A stretch of DNA of 64,000 nucleotides, taken from NCBI GenBank assembly GCA_963748825.1, contig CAVVKN010000007.1:9488-73487 (forward strand). Direction: 5' to 3'. Shown piece by piece: positions 49,786-60,029 of this stretch. The position numbers and the translations under genes were made by a program. Each line of letters starts with the position of its first letter. The stretch's first letter is position 1. The DNA is from Methanotrichaceae archaeon. GTDB taxonomy: Archaea > Halobacteriota > Methanosarcinia > Methanotrichales > Methanotrichaceae. The notes below the pieces were generated by a model. The model did no database searches. It had not been told where the DNA came from and saw only the letters and a program-made list of their open reading frames with translations.

Positions 49786-52700
49786 ATGGACCGATCAGCG
49801 ATACACGACATGACTTTGCGGGCGCGAGAGCTTCTCATGGGCGAGACGCAAGACTTGCTGCAGGGCATTTACGGCCTGGACAGCAAGGGCAATTTTGAAG
49901 ATGTGAAAAGGCTGCCCGCGGCCTTGTCCCTGCCGGAGATCGGAGCGACCAGAAAGCGCCTGGAAAAGTTTCTCAAAGACGAAGAGCAGGCGGGCCTCCC
50001 GCGCCGGGAGGCTGTGGCAAAGCTGGTCAAAGAGGCGGCCTTCACCCACCTCAACCGATTAGTTGCCTTCAAGATGATGGAAGCCCGAAAGCTCATCCGC
50101 GGAACTGTGGATCGCTATCAAGAGTCCAATGCCTTCAAGTTTTATTTAGCCGAGCACGATGATGAACTCCGGCTCTACGAGCAGGGAAGCCAGCCCCAAA
50201 GCGAGGTAGGCGAGGGGCCGAGGGACCTGGCATACAGGCATTTCCTGCTCTGGCAGTGCGAGCAACTTTGCAAAGAGATCAAGGTGCTCTTTGATCCTGA
50301 GAACCTGGCCAGCCAGCTCTTTCCCCGGCCCAGGGCCCTGAAGTCGCTCCTGGAGATGCTCAATGACCCGGCGCTACAAGAAGCCTGGAGAGAGGAGGAG
50401 ACGGTAGGCTGGATCTACCAGTACTTCAGCGAAGAAGAGAAGAAAGACGTCTTCGACCGGCTCTACAAGAAGAAGCAGAAGATCCGGCCCGAGGACATTC
50501 CCGCAGCCACGCAGCTCTTCACGCCCCGCTGGATTGTCAAGTTCCTGGTGCAAAACACCCTTGGCAGACAATGGATGCAGATGCACCCGGACTCCTGCCT
50601 TGCGGCCGCCCTGGATTATCTCGTCCCCCTGGCAGGAGAGATCCCGGCAGAAAAGATGAAGCCCGTGAGAGAAATCGAGGTGCTCGATCCGGCCTGCGGC
50701 ACCATGCACTTTGGTCTGGTGGCCTTCGACCTTCTGGCAGAGATGTACCGGGAGGAGATGGAGCGGGCCGGGAGCCCCGGTTGGCCGGAAAAGCCCTCCG
50801 TCGCCTCAGCGGAGACCATACCGGCAGCCATCATCGCCAACAACATCTTCGGCATCGATATCGATCTGCGGGCGGTGCAGCTCTCCGCCCTGGCGCTCTA
50901 CCTGAAAGCCAAGAGCCTCAATCCCAAAGCACAGATCACAGACAGCCACCTGGCCTGTGCTGAGCTGCAACTGCCCGACGACGCCAAGCTGGAGGTGTTT
51001 CTCCAGTCTTGCAAGTTCACCCTGCCCGTTTACGAGAGAATCATCCGCAAGCTGTGGAGCACCATGCGGGGCGGATCGGGCATCGGCGCCGGATCGCTGC
51101 TGCCCCTGGAGAGCGCCATAACTCTGGAGGTGGAGCGGGAGCGCCGCTCTCATCTCACCAGCTTGCAGAGGTTCGAAGACCTGGCCGATGCCCCAGAGGA
51201 TGTGGCCCGCACGGCAGTGTGGGGGCCGGAGTTCTGGGACGTTTTGGGCGACCAGATCGTGATGGCCTTCAACAGCTTCGCAGACGAGCAGGCGGCAGCG
51301 GGCGGGGATGAGAGCTACTTTGTGGGCGAGGCGAGCAAAGGGATGCGGCTGCTGGACATCATGCGCCGCAAGTACGACTGCGTTTTCACCAATCCGCCCT
51401 ACATGACACGAAAGAACATGCAAGAGCCGCTATCAGACTTTTTGGAAGCCAACTATTCTGAAGCCAAGGGCGACTTTTACACAGCCTTCATCAAGCGATG
51501 TCTGGAGCTGACCAAGGATTTTGGGCGCTTCGGACTCTTGACAGTCCATTCCTTCATGTTCGTCAGCTCTTACGAGAAGCTCAGGGAGAAGATATCAGCA
51601 CTCAGGCGGCCATTGAATCGGGCTGCCACCTCGGGCCGAGGTCGGAGTTTGAGATCTCCAATCCCAATGCGCAAGGGTTTGTGGCCTTCACCTGTCGCAA
51701 GGGCTCGGATGAGGTCCGGCTCTTCAATCCGGACGACAGCTGGTACGGAACCTGGTACAGGCTCATAAAAGCGGAGGGCGAGGAGAAGAGAACGCTCTTC
51801 GAAAAGCAGCTTGCTGGGCAGGCGGAGGGCGTTTACGTCTATCAGCAGGCGGCCTTCAACTCCATTCCCGGCAGCCCCTGGGTCTACTGGATCACGCCCG
51901 GGCTGCGGCGGTTGTTCGTGGAGCTGCCCAAGCTGGGGGAGATAGCGCAACCGTATGCATAGGAATGAGAACGGGAGATAATTTTCGCTTTCTGCGATTC
52001 TGGTGGGAAGTGGGCGTTGATCAAATAGGTATTCGGTATGAAGAGCAGAGATGAGGCGCATAGAGTCAGGAAGAAAATGGTTTCCGTATATGAAAGGGGG
52101 AAGTTTCCAACGCTGGTATGGGAATCAAGAATTTGTTGTTGAATGGGACAATGATGGACAAATAATTAAAGAGAACACAAAGCAGAATTATCCTGGACTA
52201 GGGAATAATTTAGGTTGGAAGATCTGAATGCAGAATCACTATTTCCAGCGTGGTGTAACCTGGACTGAACTGACTTCAGCACGTTTCAGCGCCAGGCTTT
52301 CTCCGGGCGGTTTCATCTTTGATGTTGCAGGATCGTCATTATTTCCCGACGGATGTCTCTTTAATTCTGGGAATTATGAACTCGACATTCTCTCAATTGC
52401 GCTCAATATTATTAATCCTACTAGTTCATGTTCAAGTCGGCGACTTGGCCCGCCTGCCTATACCCACCGAGTCCAGCAAGCAGCTTGAGAATCTCGTCGA
52501 TCGTGCCATCTCCCTGGCCATGAAGGAATCCGCCGAAGACGAGACCACCTTCGACTTCATCGCCCCGCCCTGGACCGTCTCCCTGGACGACACCCTCACC
52601 GAGATCTGGCTGCGAGACGAGATCCTAGGCGATGTGGAGAAGGCCATCGACGAGGAGGTCTACCGGCTCTACGCCATCTCCGACCAGGATCGAAAGGCCA

Positions 52701-53642
52701 TCGAGTCCGAGCTGGCCCAGCCCGTCGCCGAGGGCGAAGAGGCAAGAGGAGAAGCCGGATTACATCGATGATGAGGAGCTGGCCCGCCGCTGGATCTCCT
52801 ACGCCGTGGGCATCGTCATGGGCCGCTTTTCGCCTGACATCTCTGGTGCCCTGGGCCAGGGCCGTTTTTCTTCGCCGGTGGCAGCACAGCTTCGCTCCCT
52901 GGCCGACAACGACGGCGTGGCCACCCTGGATGAAGGCCATCAGGACGATCTGGCCCGCAACGTCTGGAATACCCTGGAGACCGCTCTGGGCGAGTCCGGG
53001 GCCTCGGAGATCGTGGAGACCGTATTGGGCGATGGCCACCCCGAGTCACTGCTGCGCCGCTACCTGGAGCGGGACTTCTGGAAGCGACACCTCCAGCAAT
53101 ACCGGAAAAGGCCTGTCTACTGGCTGCTGCAGTCTCCGGCCAAGAGCTTCAGCGTCTACGTCTTCCACGAGCGGGCCACCAGGGACACCCTGCCGCTCAT
53201 CATGGGCACGCGCTACGTCACCGGCAAGATCAACCAGCTCAAGAACCGCATGGACGAAGTCCAGATGGAGAAGAAGACAGCGGAAGGCCGGGCTAAGAAG
53301 ATGCTGGAAAAGGATCTGGAGGACCTGGAGACAAAGCTTCTGGACCTGGAAGCCTTCCAGGCTGCCATCCGGCGTGTACTGGGGCAGAAAGACGAACGGG
53401 GCGAGACGGTGGGCTGGGCACCGGAGATCGACGACGGCGTCATCCTGAACCTGGCTCCTCTGCATGGGCTGATGCCCTCCTGGAAGGAACCGGAGAAGTT
53501 CTGGAAAGAGCTGGAGGAGGGCAAGTACGACTGGTCCTACACGGCCATGCGCTACTGGCCGGACAGAGTGGGGGAGAAGTGCAAAAAGAACAAATCCTAT
53601 GCGATAGCGCACGGAAGGATGGACGTGTACGAAGGCGGATGA
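49786..53642 (+). pseudogene. pglX: BREX N6-adenine methyltransferase PglX, broken in this sequence by about eight frameshifts and one TGA (51590-52745)
   Basis: LDPACG motif I, TNPPY motif IV, then TGDN.RFLRFWWEV, KWFPYMKGG..RWYGN, RPVYW and IDDGVILNLAPL spread over shifting frames. Confidence 0.88.
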
Positions 53643-53702
53643 CTGCTTGCTTATCTTGCGCAATCTATTTACGGACTTTGGACTTAGAGGAAAATTAGAA
53701 GG

Positions 53703-54152
53703 ATGGATAAAATGAGCGGTTCCGATGATTGGATCCATGCCGGTTTCAGCCAGTTTAAGAAAGCTTTCAGGGACCACTGGGAAAACGGATCAAAAAGAGA
53801 AGATCCGTCGCACTATCTGCTGAGATTTTATTCTGTAGAATGCGGATTAAAATCCATGTACATTTATAGTAAAGATTAAACATATAAAATGAATAGCAAG
53901 AATATGCCCAATCATGGGCATAGACTCGATTGGTGGCTTGAGGAACTCATGATCTCTGCAAGCGACATCAATCCTCCTCCAAAATTCACATTAAATAGTA
54001 GCATAAACATAAACTCACCCAGAGAAATCTATAGATCACACGAAGCCTGGCGGTATGGAGTAAAAATGGACCCGACAAAAGAGAAGCTCCTGCTTGAGTG
54101 GTTTGATAAAGCTGAAAAATATATTAAGGATTACTTACAGGAGGCAATGTGA
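53703..54152 (+). pseudogene. HEPN-like protein (about 149 codons) split by one in-frame TAA at 53877-53879
   Basis: Same frame on both sides: ...HYLLRFYSVECGLKS...SKD*TYKM...GHRLDWWL...REIYRSHEAWRYG...; stop overlaps the next start (TGATG). Confidence 0.55.
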
Positions 54153-56773
54153 TGATCCCGGATAATATTAGCCTCTTTACCTGGCTTGACGTTGAAGAGG
54201 TCCTTGTAAGATTGAGTCAAACAGGAGACTGGCCAAAATGGTTGCACTATGCTCGGACATATTGGGACCAGCTTTCGCTAAGCATACACCCGGGCAAAAC
54301 TGAGGATGCAAAGAAATGGCTTGCTGGTGAATTTACACCCAGATTTAATGAAGAAAAAATGGAAATTGAACTGGAACGAGATATCGATAACGAACCCAGA
54401 GTACTTCCCGTCTATCTGGAAGAGACTGAGGAGGAACTTGGGAGACTTCGAGTCAAGCCATCATTTACTAGGCCGGTTGCAATTCGACAAACGGTGCTGG
54501 AAGATCAACCTTTTGGTGAGATCAAGCCGCACGTAATAGCTTTTCATTCGTTTAAGGGCGGCGTGGGTAGGACGGTCCAGGCATTGGCATTGGCCATGGC
54601 TTTAGTAGAGAAAAGAAAATTCAAGGTTCTTCTAATTGACGGAGACCTGGAAGCTCCGGGCATTTCCTGGCATTTCATCGAAAGAATGCGCCCGCCTATT
54701 TCATACGTTGATTTTCTCTCGTTGATACATGGTGATCCAGATCCAGAGGCATCAAAGAGCATTAAATTAGTGGCAAACCGCTTAAGAGACGCCTTGGTGA
54801 ATGGCATTTATATCATGCCGGCCTTTCGTTCCATGGATAAATTCATCTCCCTTGATATCAAACCCGAGCATCTTGTCCAGGGATCAAAAGATAAATACAT
54901 CCTGACTCGCTTTTTATCCAAGCTGGGAGAAAAACTGGGAGTGGATTTTGTAATTGTTGATCTTAGAGCCGGCCTCTCTGAGATTTCAGCGTCCCTTCTT
55001 CTCGATCCGAGAGTATACCGTATTTTGGTAACAACACTAAGTGCTCAATCCATTAATGGTATGAAATTACTGCTACAGTTACTGGCAAGAGATGCTCCAT
55101 CAAGAAGATCTGATCAGCCCTTGCCATCCTTGATTCTCTCGCAAGTGCCCGGAGATTATCCTTCTGGAGAATTGGACAAGCACAAGAAGGAGATTCTAAG
55201 TGCTTTGGAAAACATGTGGGTGCCATCGGATGATAATTCCAATGATGAACCTACTGCGATTTGCACCGTTACCGCCTTCGATAAAGATCTGGCAGTTCTT
55301 CCCGAGTCATGGGATAAAGCCGTAGGGCTTATTAAGAAATCCAGATTCTCAGACGACCTGGCCGAGATCTTGGATTGGCTTCCTAATGTTACACAATCTG
55401 TTTTTGGATTGGAAGAAAAACGGATATCTCTCTCGGAATATGCTAATAGCATTATCTACGCAGAAGCCGGAAATGTAACTGACTACCTGAGGATACGTCC
55501 TTTGAACAGGCTTGTATCCGAATTCAGCACAAGGGTTCCAATAGCCGTTGTTATCGGTGCAAAAGGCTCAGGAAAAACACTAACTTATCTTCAATTGGCC
55601 CGTTCAAAGGAATGGAGTCGTTTTGGATCGGATGGATCTAGAGATATTCAGGTGAATGCGGTTGTCGTTCCAGTTCTTAAGCCCGCAATTTTAGAACCGG
55701 AAGCTATGGCCATCGTAAATGAAGCAAAGAATAATTCGGCCAAAAACCTTCGCCTATCCACACCATATAGCTGGGAAGACGTATATGATGATATCCGAGA
55801 TCGCATTCAAGAGGATGTCCATGAGAGCAAATGGCGGGACTACTGGCTTGATTATATCGCTTGGAGCTCAGGATTCGAGGTAAAGAAACAAGGAGCTGGA
55901 CGTAGATTCCCAGATTACCTTCGTGAAAAGAAATTAAACGTAGTCGCAATTATCGACGGCTTGGAAAATTATTTCTTAAAGCTTTCTTCTGACGAAAAAG
56001 AGCAAACCGCGGTGAGGTCTTTGCTTCAAGACGTTCCTAATTGGCTAGAACAGCAGGTTTCGCGTCCCTTGGGCATACTAATCTTCATTCGGAAGGACAT
56101 GGTATTAAATGCTCTTCCCCAAAATTCGTCTCAGTTTATTGCTGTATACCGGAATTACGAATTAAATTGGAGTAGCGTTGAGGCTTTGCGTCTATTCGCA
56201 TGGATCTCAATGAAGGCAAACGCATTGGAAAGTGAAAAAATTAATATGTTGCAGGATCTGGGAAAGGAACAATTAGCTCAGATACTAATTCCTCTATGGG
56301 GGCGAAAACTGGGCCGCGAAAACTCCCGAGAAGCGATCTCAGCTAATTGGGTAATTTATGCCCTATCGGATTATAACGGCCAGCTCCAAGCCAGAGATGT
56401 TGTCAGGTTCCTCAGTCTCGCATCAAATAGATCCAAAGGCTCTTCATTAGATGATCGCGTCCTTGTTCCCCAGGCTATGAAAAAATCATTGCTTCCTTGT
56501 AGTCAGGAAAAGGTCAAGGATGCAGGCTCTGAGAGTAAAGACCTTGCTCGGATATTCGATAAGATAAGAGAAATACCCGACGATAAGAAGCTCATTCCAT
56601 TTAGTCGAAAAGATCTGGAGATTGAGTCGAATGATCTTGAGCTCCTTGAAAATAGCGGAGTAATCCGGAGAGACGGAGAAGAATACTACATTTGTGAGAT
56701 CTTCCGATGGGGTCTTGGCTTTGGACTTCGGAAAAGGGGCCGACCTGGCGTAATCGACGATGCCAAGCGTTAA
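54149..56773 (+). CDS. KGGVGR-type ParA/MinD domain fused to a second P-loop NTPase (874 aa)
   Basis: FHSFKGGVGRT, LIDGDLEAPG, VDLRAG (ParA-like); VIGAKGSGKT and IIDGLE (second NTPase); wHTH-like C-terminus. Confidence 0.85.
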   Translation: MMIPDNISLFTWLDVEEVLVRLSQTGDWPKWLHYARTYWDQLSLSIHPGKTEDAKKWLAGEFTPRFNEEKMEIELERDIDNEPRVLPVYLEETEEELGRLRVKPSFTRPVAIRQTVLEDQPFGEIKPHVIAFHSFKGGVGRTVQALALAMALVEKRKFKVLLIDGDLEAPGISWHFIERMRPPISYVDFLSLIHGDPDPEASKSIKLVANRLRDALVNGIYIMPAFRSMDKFISLDIKPEHLVQGSKDKYILTRFLSKLGEKLGVDFVIVDLRAGLSEISASLLLDPRVYRILVTTLSAQSINGMKLLLQLLARDAPSRRSDQPLPSLILSQVPGDYPSGELDKHKKEILSALENMWVPSDDNSNDEPTAICTVTAFDKDLAVLPESWDKAVGLIKKSRFSDDLAEILDWLPNVTQSVFGLEEKRISLSEYANSIIYAEAGNVTDYLRIRPLNRLVSEFSTRVPIAVVIGAKGSGKTLTYLQLARSKEWSRFGSDGSRDIQVNAVVVPVLKPAILEPEAMAIVNEAKNNSAKNLRLSTPYSWEDVYDDIRDRIQEDVHESKWRDYWLDYIAWSSGFEVKKQGAGRRFPDYLREKKLNVVAIIDGLENYFLKLSSDEKEQTAVRSLLQDVPNWLEQQVSRPLGILIFIRKDMVLNALPQNSSQFIAVYRNYELNWSSVEALRLFAWISMKANALESEKINMLQDLGKEQLAQILIPLWGRKLGRENSREAISANWVIYALSDYNGQLQARDVVRFLSLASNRSKGSSLDDRVLVPQAMKKSLLPCSQEKVKDAGSESKDLARIFDKIREIPDDKKLIPFSRKDLEIESNDLELLENSGVIRRDGEEYYICEIFRWGLGFGLRKRGRPGVIDDAKR

Positions 56774-56838
56774 GCGTGCTTTGCGGCAAGAAGAATCCTA
56801 TTTATTGTTAGATACCCGATTAATTAAAGAGGATCAAC

Positions 56839-57363
56839 ATGTCCAATAAAAAACCAGATTCCGTCCCCTCAATAATGCAGCCCGTCTACGAAGAGATCAC
56901 AAAGCTGACCGATGCCGTATGCGGCAAGCACCTGGATGAAGAGTATGCTGAGCTTGCCCGCAAAATGACGGCAGCTCTGGCGAGAAAAAGGCCCTCGCCG
57001 CTGGAAAGAGGCAGAAAGGATGTCTGGGCGGCGGCAATTGTCTATTCACTGGGCAATGTCAACTTCCTCTTTGATAAAAGCCAGGTGCCCCACATGAAGG
57101 CAGACGAGCTGGCTGACCTTTTTGGAGTTAGTCAGAGGACTGCTGCCAACAAGGCCCGACAGATTAAGGATATCCTCAAAATGAGCCCGATGGATCCCAA
57201 ATGGTGGCGACGCTCTAAAATGGAGTCGAATCCTCTGGCCTGGTGGGTTCTGGTTAACGGTCTGGCGGTCGACGCCCGCACGCTCCCTCTTGAGTTTCAG
57301 GAGGAGCTTGTACGGCGCAAGCTCATACCCTTCGTCCCCGGAAAACGGACCGAGCCAAAATGA
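56839..57363 (+). CDS. DUF6398-like protein
   Basis: LARKMTAALARKRPSPL...WAAAIVYSLGNVNFLFDKSQ.PH...L...FGVSQRT...KA..I; family from memory. Confidence 0.7.
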   Translation: MSNKKPDSVPSIMQPVYEEITKLTDAVCGKHLDEEYAELARKMTAALARKRPSPLERGRKDVWAAAIVYSLGNVNFLFDKSQVPHMKADELADLFGVSQRTAANKARQIKDILKMSPMDPKWWRRSKMESNPLAWWVLVNGLAVDARTLPLEFQEELVRRKLIPFVPGKRTEPK

Positions 57364-57388
57364 GAACAAGCTCGAAGATCTGGGGAAA

Positions 57389-59992
57389 ATGGCAATGATA
57401 GCCAGGGTCTCCGATTATTTAAGAAGCCTGATGAAAAAGCAGGTCGATGATCACGGCATCGTGGTCTGGTACGATCCCGAAGGCCATTACAGGGAGTTCG
57501 TAAAGTCCCTGGACCTGCCCGGCACTCCCCTGGAGAAATACGATGGCAGCTTCTTCGCCCTGCGCCACCGAATCGACCCCTTCCTTTCTCGCTGCGATCC
57601 ACCCCGGCTGATCGTCTACGTTCCTCTGGATCGCTCTCTAACTCACAACGCTCTCGTCGAGGCCGAGGCCGCCGGCGTGGTCATTTTTCCGGGAGCCCAG
57701 CCCCGCCCTCGCAACACCCGGCTCTCGGTCGTCGCCAAGGCCGCGCTGCGGGGAAAAATGGGCGACCAGGATCTGACCCAGATTGAAAAGCAAGTAGAGG
57801 CGGGAAAGCTCAGCCTGGCCGACCTCGACAGGATGGCTGATGGCGGCCCGGGCAGCTCCCGAGGGCTCCTCTCCCTGATCTTCGGCACCAGCAGCTCGCA
57901 TGATGTGGCGCTGAGATTCTTATCCAGCGAGCAATATGATGAAGAGCTCCTAAAGAAGGATGCATTGTCCGAGCTGGCGGCGCTTCTCCAATCGGAGTAT
58001 GAGCTGGCGACGCAGGCGACCCAAGGGACGCAGGAGGGCGAAAATGCAAAGGATCTCAGAGGACGATTGGCCAGGCATATCCTGATCACTGATTTCCTCA
58101 ATGCCCTGCAGGGAATCACTCCACAGCAGCTCTCTTCTCTGAAGATCGCAACTGATCCGGCTGCATGCAAAGCCTGCATCGGCCTGGCTAAAGCCTGGCG
58201 ACTGAGAAGAGACCTGAGAGATAGTTACGTAGCTGCCTCAAACCAGGTCTTTGCAGATCTCAGTCTCTCCAATATACCGCTCAACATGGATCAGATCATA
58301 AACGTCGAGACCTTTCTTGAGACTGAGCAGGCTTTGCAGAGCATGGTCGAAGACGCCCTGGCCAAAGAGACCAGAGCAGACCTGGTGGAAATGGCGCAGC
58401 AGCATCAATCAGGCTTCTGGTCGGAGCAGCCAATGGTCCAGGCCCGCTGGAGCTCGATCACTGTGGCCGGCCAGGTTCTCCTGGAGGCCGATAGGGTGGA
58501 AAAGGAGCTTCGCTCCTGCCAGGAGAGCGCCAAATCTATTTTTGACGCTTATGTCTCTGGACAGCGCCCCTGGCTCCTCCTGGATTCCTCCTACCGCAAC
58601 ATGGAGAAGAGGTTTAACAATCTCGATCTGGAGATAGGAGACGACCTGGAACACCTCATCATAAGAGCCCGGCAGAGATACATGGATGCAACCTCAAAGC
58701 TGCTGGAGTGCTTCCTGCGTTCTTTTCAGCAAGAAGGCTTCCAAATCCCAGGAGCCCTCCGCCAGGCGGAAATATTTGAAAGCCAGGTCAAACCGGCTCT
58801 GGCCGAGGGCAAGACCGCCTATATCTGGGCCGATGCCTTGAGGTTCGAGATGGCCAGGGAATTGCTCCAGTCTCTGAATGCGGAATTCCAGGGGGAGCTG
58901 AAAACCTGCATAGCGTCTGCACCAACCATCACTGAAATTGGCATGGCTTCCTTGCTTCCGGGAGCCTCTGCAAGCCTTGTGATAAAAGCGTCTGAGGGAA
59001 AGCTTGCTCTGCAGATCGACGGGACGATCATCCGGGATCGAGCAGATCGGGTAGATTCCTCAAAGATAAGAACAGGAGCAAAGTTCTTTGAGGGAGACCT
59101 GGATAGCCTGCTTCCAAGGCCTGCAAGGGCCATATCCAAGGCCATTATGGATGCAGATCTAATTCTTATTACCTCTCAAGAGATCGACAACCTCTGCGAG
59201 AGTGACAATATCTCATTTGCCCGAACCTTCATGAACGAGCTTCTCTCCCGCCTGCAAAAAGCCATCCGCAACCTCTCCCGACTGGGCGTGAAGAAGATAA
59301 TAGTAACTGCTGACCATGGCTATCTTTTTGGCGAAGAATTGGGCGTGGATATGAGCATCGATCCTCCGGGAGGAGACACTGCAGACCTGCACCGAAGGGT
59401 TTGGATTGGCCGGGGCGGATCATCAGGCCCGGCATACCTTCGCGCCAGAATGTCCGATCTGGGACAGGGCGGAGATCTGGAGATGGCAACTCCCTGGGGC
59501 CTGGCATGTTTCAGGGCCAAGAGCAAATCCAAGGCATATTTCCACGGCGGTCTCTCTCCTCAAGAGCTGATCATTCCTGTTCTTACTCTGACACCTATTG
59601 CAGCGGAAAAGAAATCGGGAGAAGATATCGTCTGGTCTATGGACTACGGCGGAAGGAAATTGACCACTAGGTATTTCTCAGTGAATATATCCGCCAAGGC
59701 AGGCCATAGCCTATCCAGCATCAAGCCTCACCGAATCAGGCTGGAGCTTAGGGAACAAAGTGCCTGCATATCCAAGGCCATTTCGGCTTCTTACGGTTTC
59801 GAAGATGCCACGGGAGAGATACAAATGAAGAATGCGGAAAAGGAGCCCTGGACAATGGAACCGAACACCATAACCTTGCAGATCACTAAAGACCCCTCTG
59901 AAAAGAAGGTAAGCCTTCATCTACAGGGCGCACTTACTGATATAGAATTAGCGCCACCAAAGACGATCGACGTATCAATGCTAAAATACTGA
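57389..59992 (+). CDS. pglZ: BREX phosphatase PglZ
   Basis: VVWYDPE, IWADALRFE, PTITEIGMASLLP, VTADHGY and YFHGGLSPQELIIP. Confidence 0.92.
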   Translation: MAMIARVSDYLRSLMKKQVDDHGIVVWYDPEGHYREFVKSLDLPGTPLEKYDGSFFALRHRIDPFLSRCDPPRLIVYVPLDRSLTHNALVEAEAAGVVIFPGAQPRPRNTRLSVVAKAALRGKMGDQDLTQIEKQVEAGKLSLADLDRMADGGPGSSRGLLSLIFGTSSSHDVALRFLSSEQYDEELLKKDALSELAALLQSEYELATQATQGTQEGENAKDLRGRLARHILITDFLNALQGITPQQLSSLKIATDPAACKACIGLAKAWRLRRDLRDSYVAASNQVFADLSLSNIPLNMDQIINVETFLETEQALQSMVEDALAKETRADLVEMAQQHQSGFWSEQPMVQARWSSITVAGQVLLEADRVEKELRSCQESAKSIFDAYVSGQRPWLLLDSSYRNMEKRFNNLDLEIGDDLEHLIIRARQRYMDATSKLLECFLRSFQQEGFQIPGALRQAEIFESQVKPALAEGKTAYIWADALRFEMARELLQSLNAEFQGELKTCIASAPTITEIGMASLLPGASASLVIKASEGKLALQIDGTIIRDRADRVDSSKIRTGAKFFEGDLDSLLPRPARAISKAIMDADLILITSQEIDNLCESDNISFARTFMNELLSRLQKAIRNLSRLGVKKIIVTADHGYLFGEELGVDMSIDPPGGDTADLHRRVWIGRGGSSGPAYLRARMSDLGQGGDLEMATPWGLACFRAKSKSKAYFHGGLSPQELIIPVLTLTPIAAEKKSGEDIVWSMDYGGRKLTTRYFSVNISAKAGHSLSSIKPHRIRLELREQSACISKAISASYGFEDATGEIQMKNAEKEPWTMEPNTITLQITKDPSEKKVSLHLQGALTDIELAPPKTIDVSMLKY

Positions 59993-60029
59993 AATTGAAG
60001 TTCTCAAGTCATATATCAAGGAGACAATC

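Noticed and set aside
49749-49868. ATPase ORF extension overlapping the pglX start
   Set aside because: Antisense to the pglX N-terminus; the family pattern begins at MHAVIRNLGP (49694).
52225-52227. Selenocysteine recoding of the TGA in pglX
   Set aside because: It sits among many indels in a methyltransferase with no redox Cys position; error or decay is far more likely.
53689-57390. 7-bp repeat ggaaaat flanking the second nested cassette
   Set aside because: Too short and low-complexity to count as a target-site duplication.
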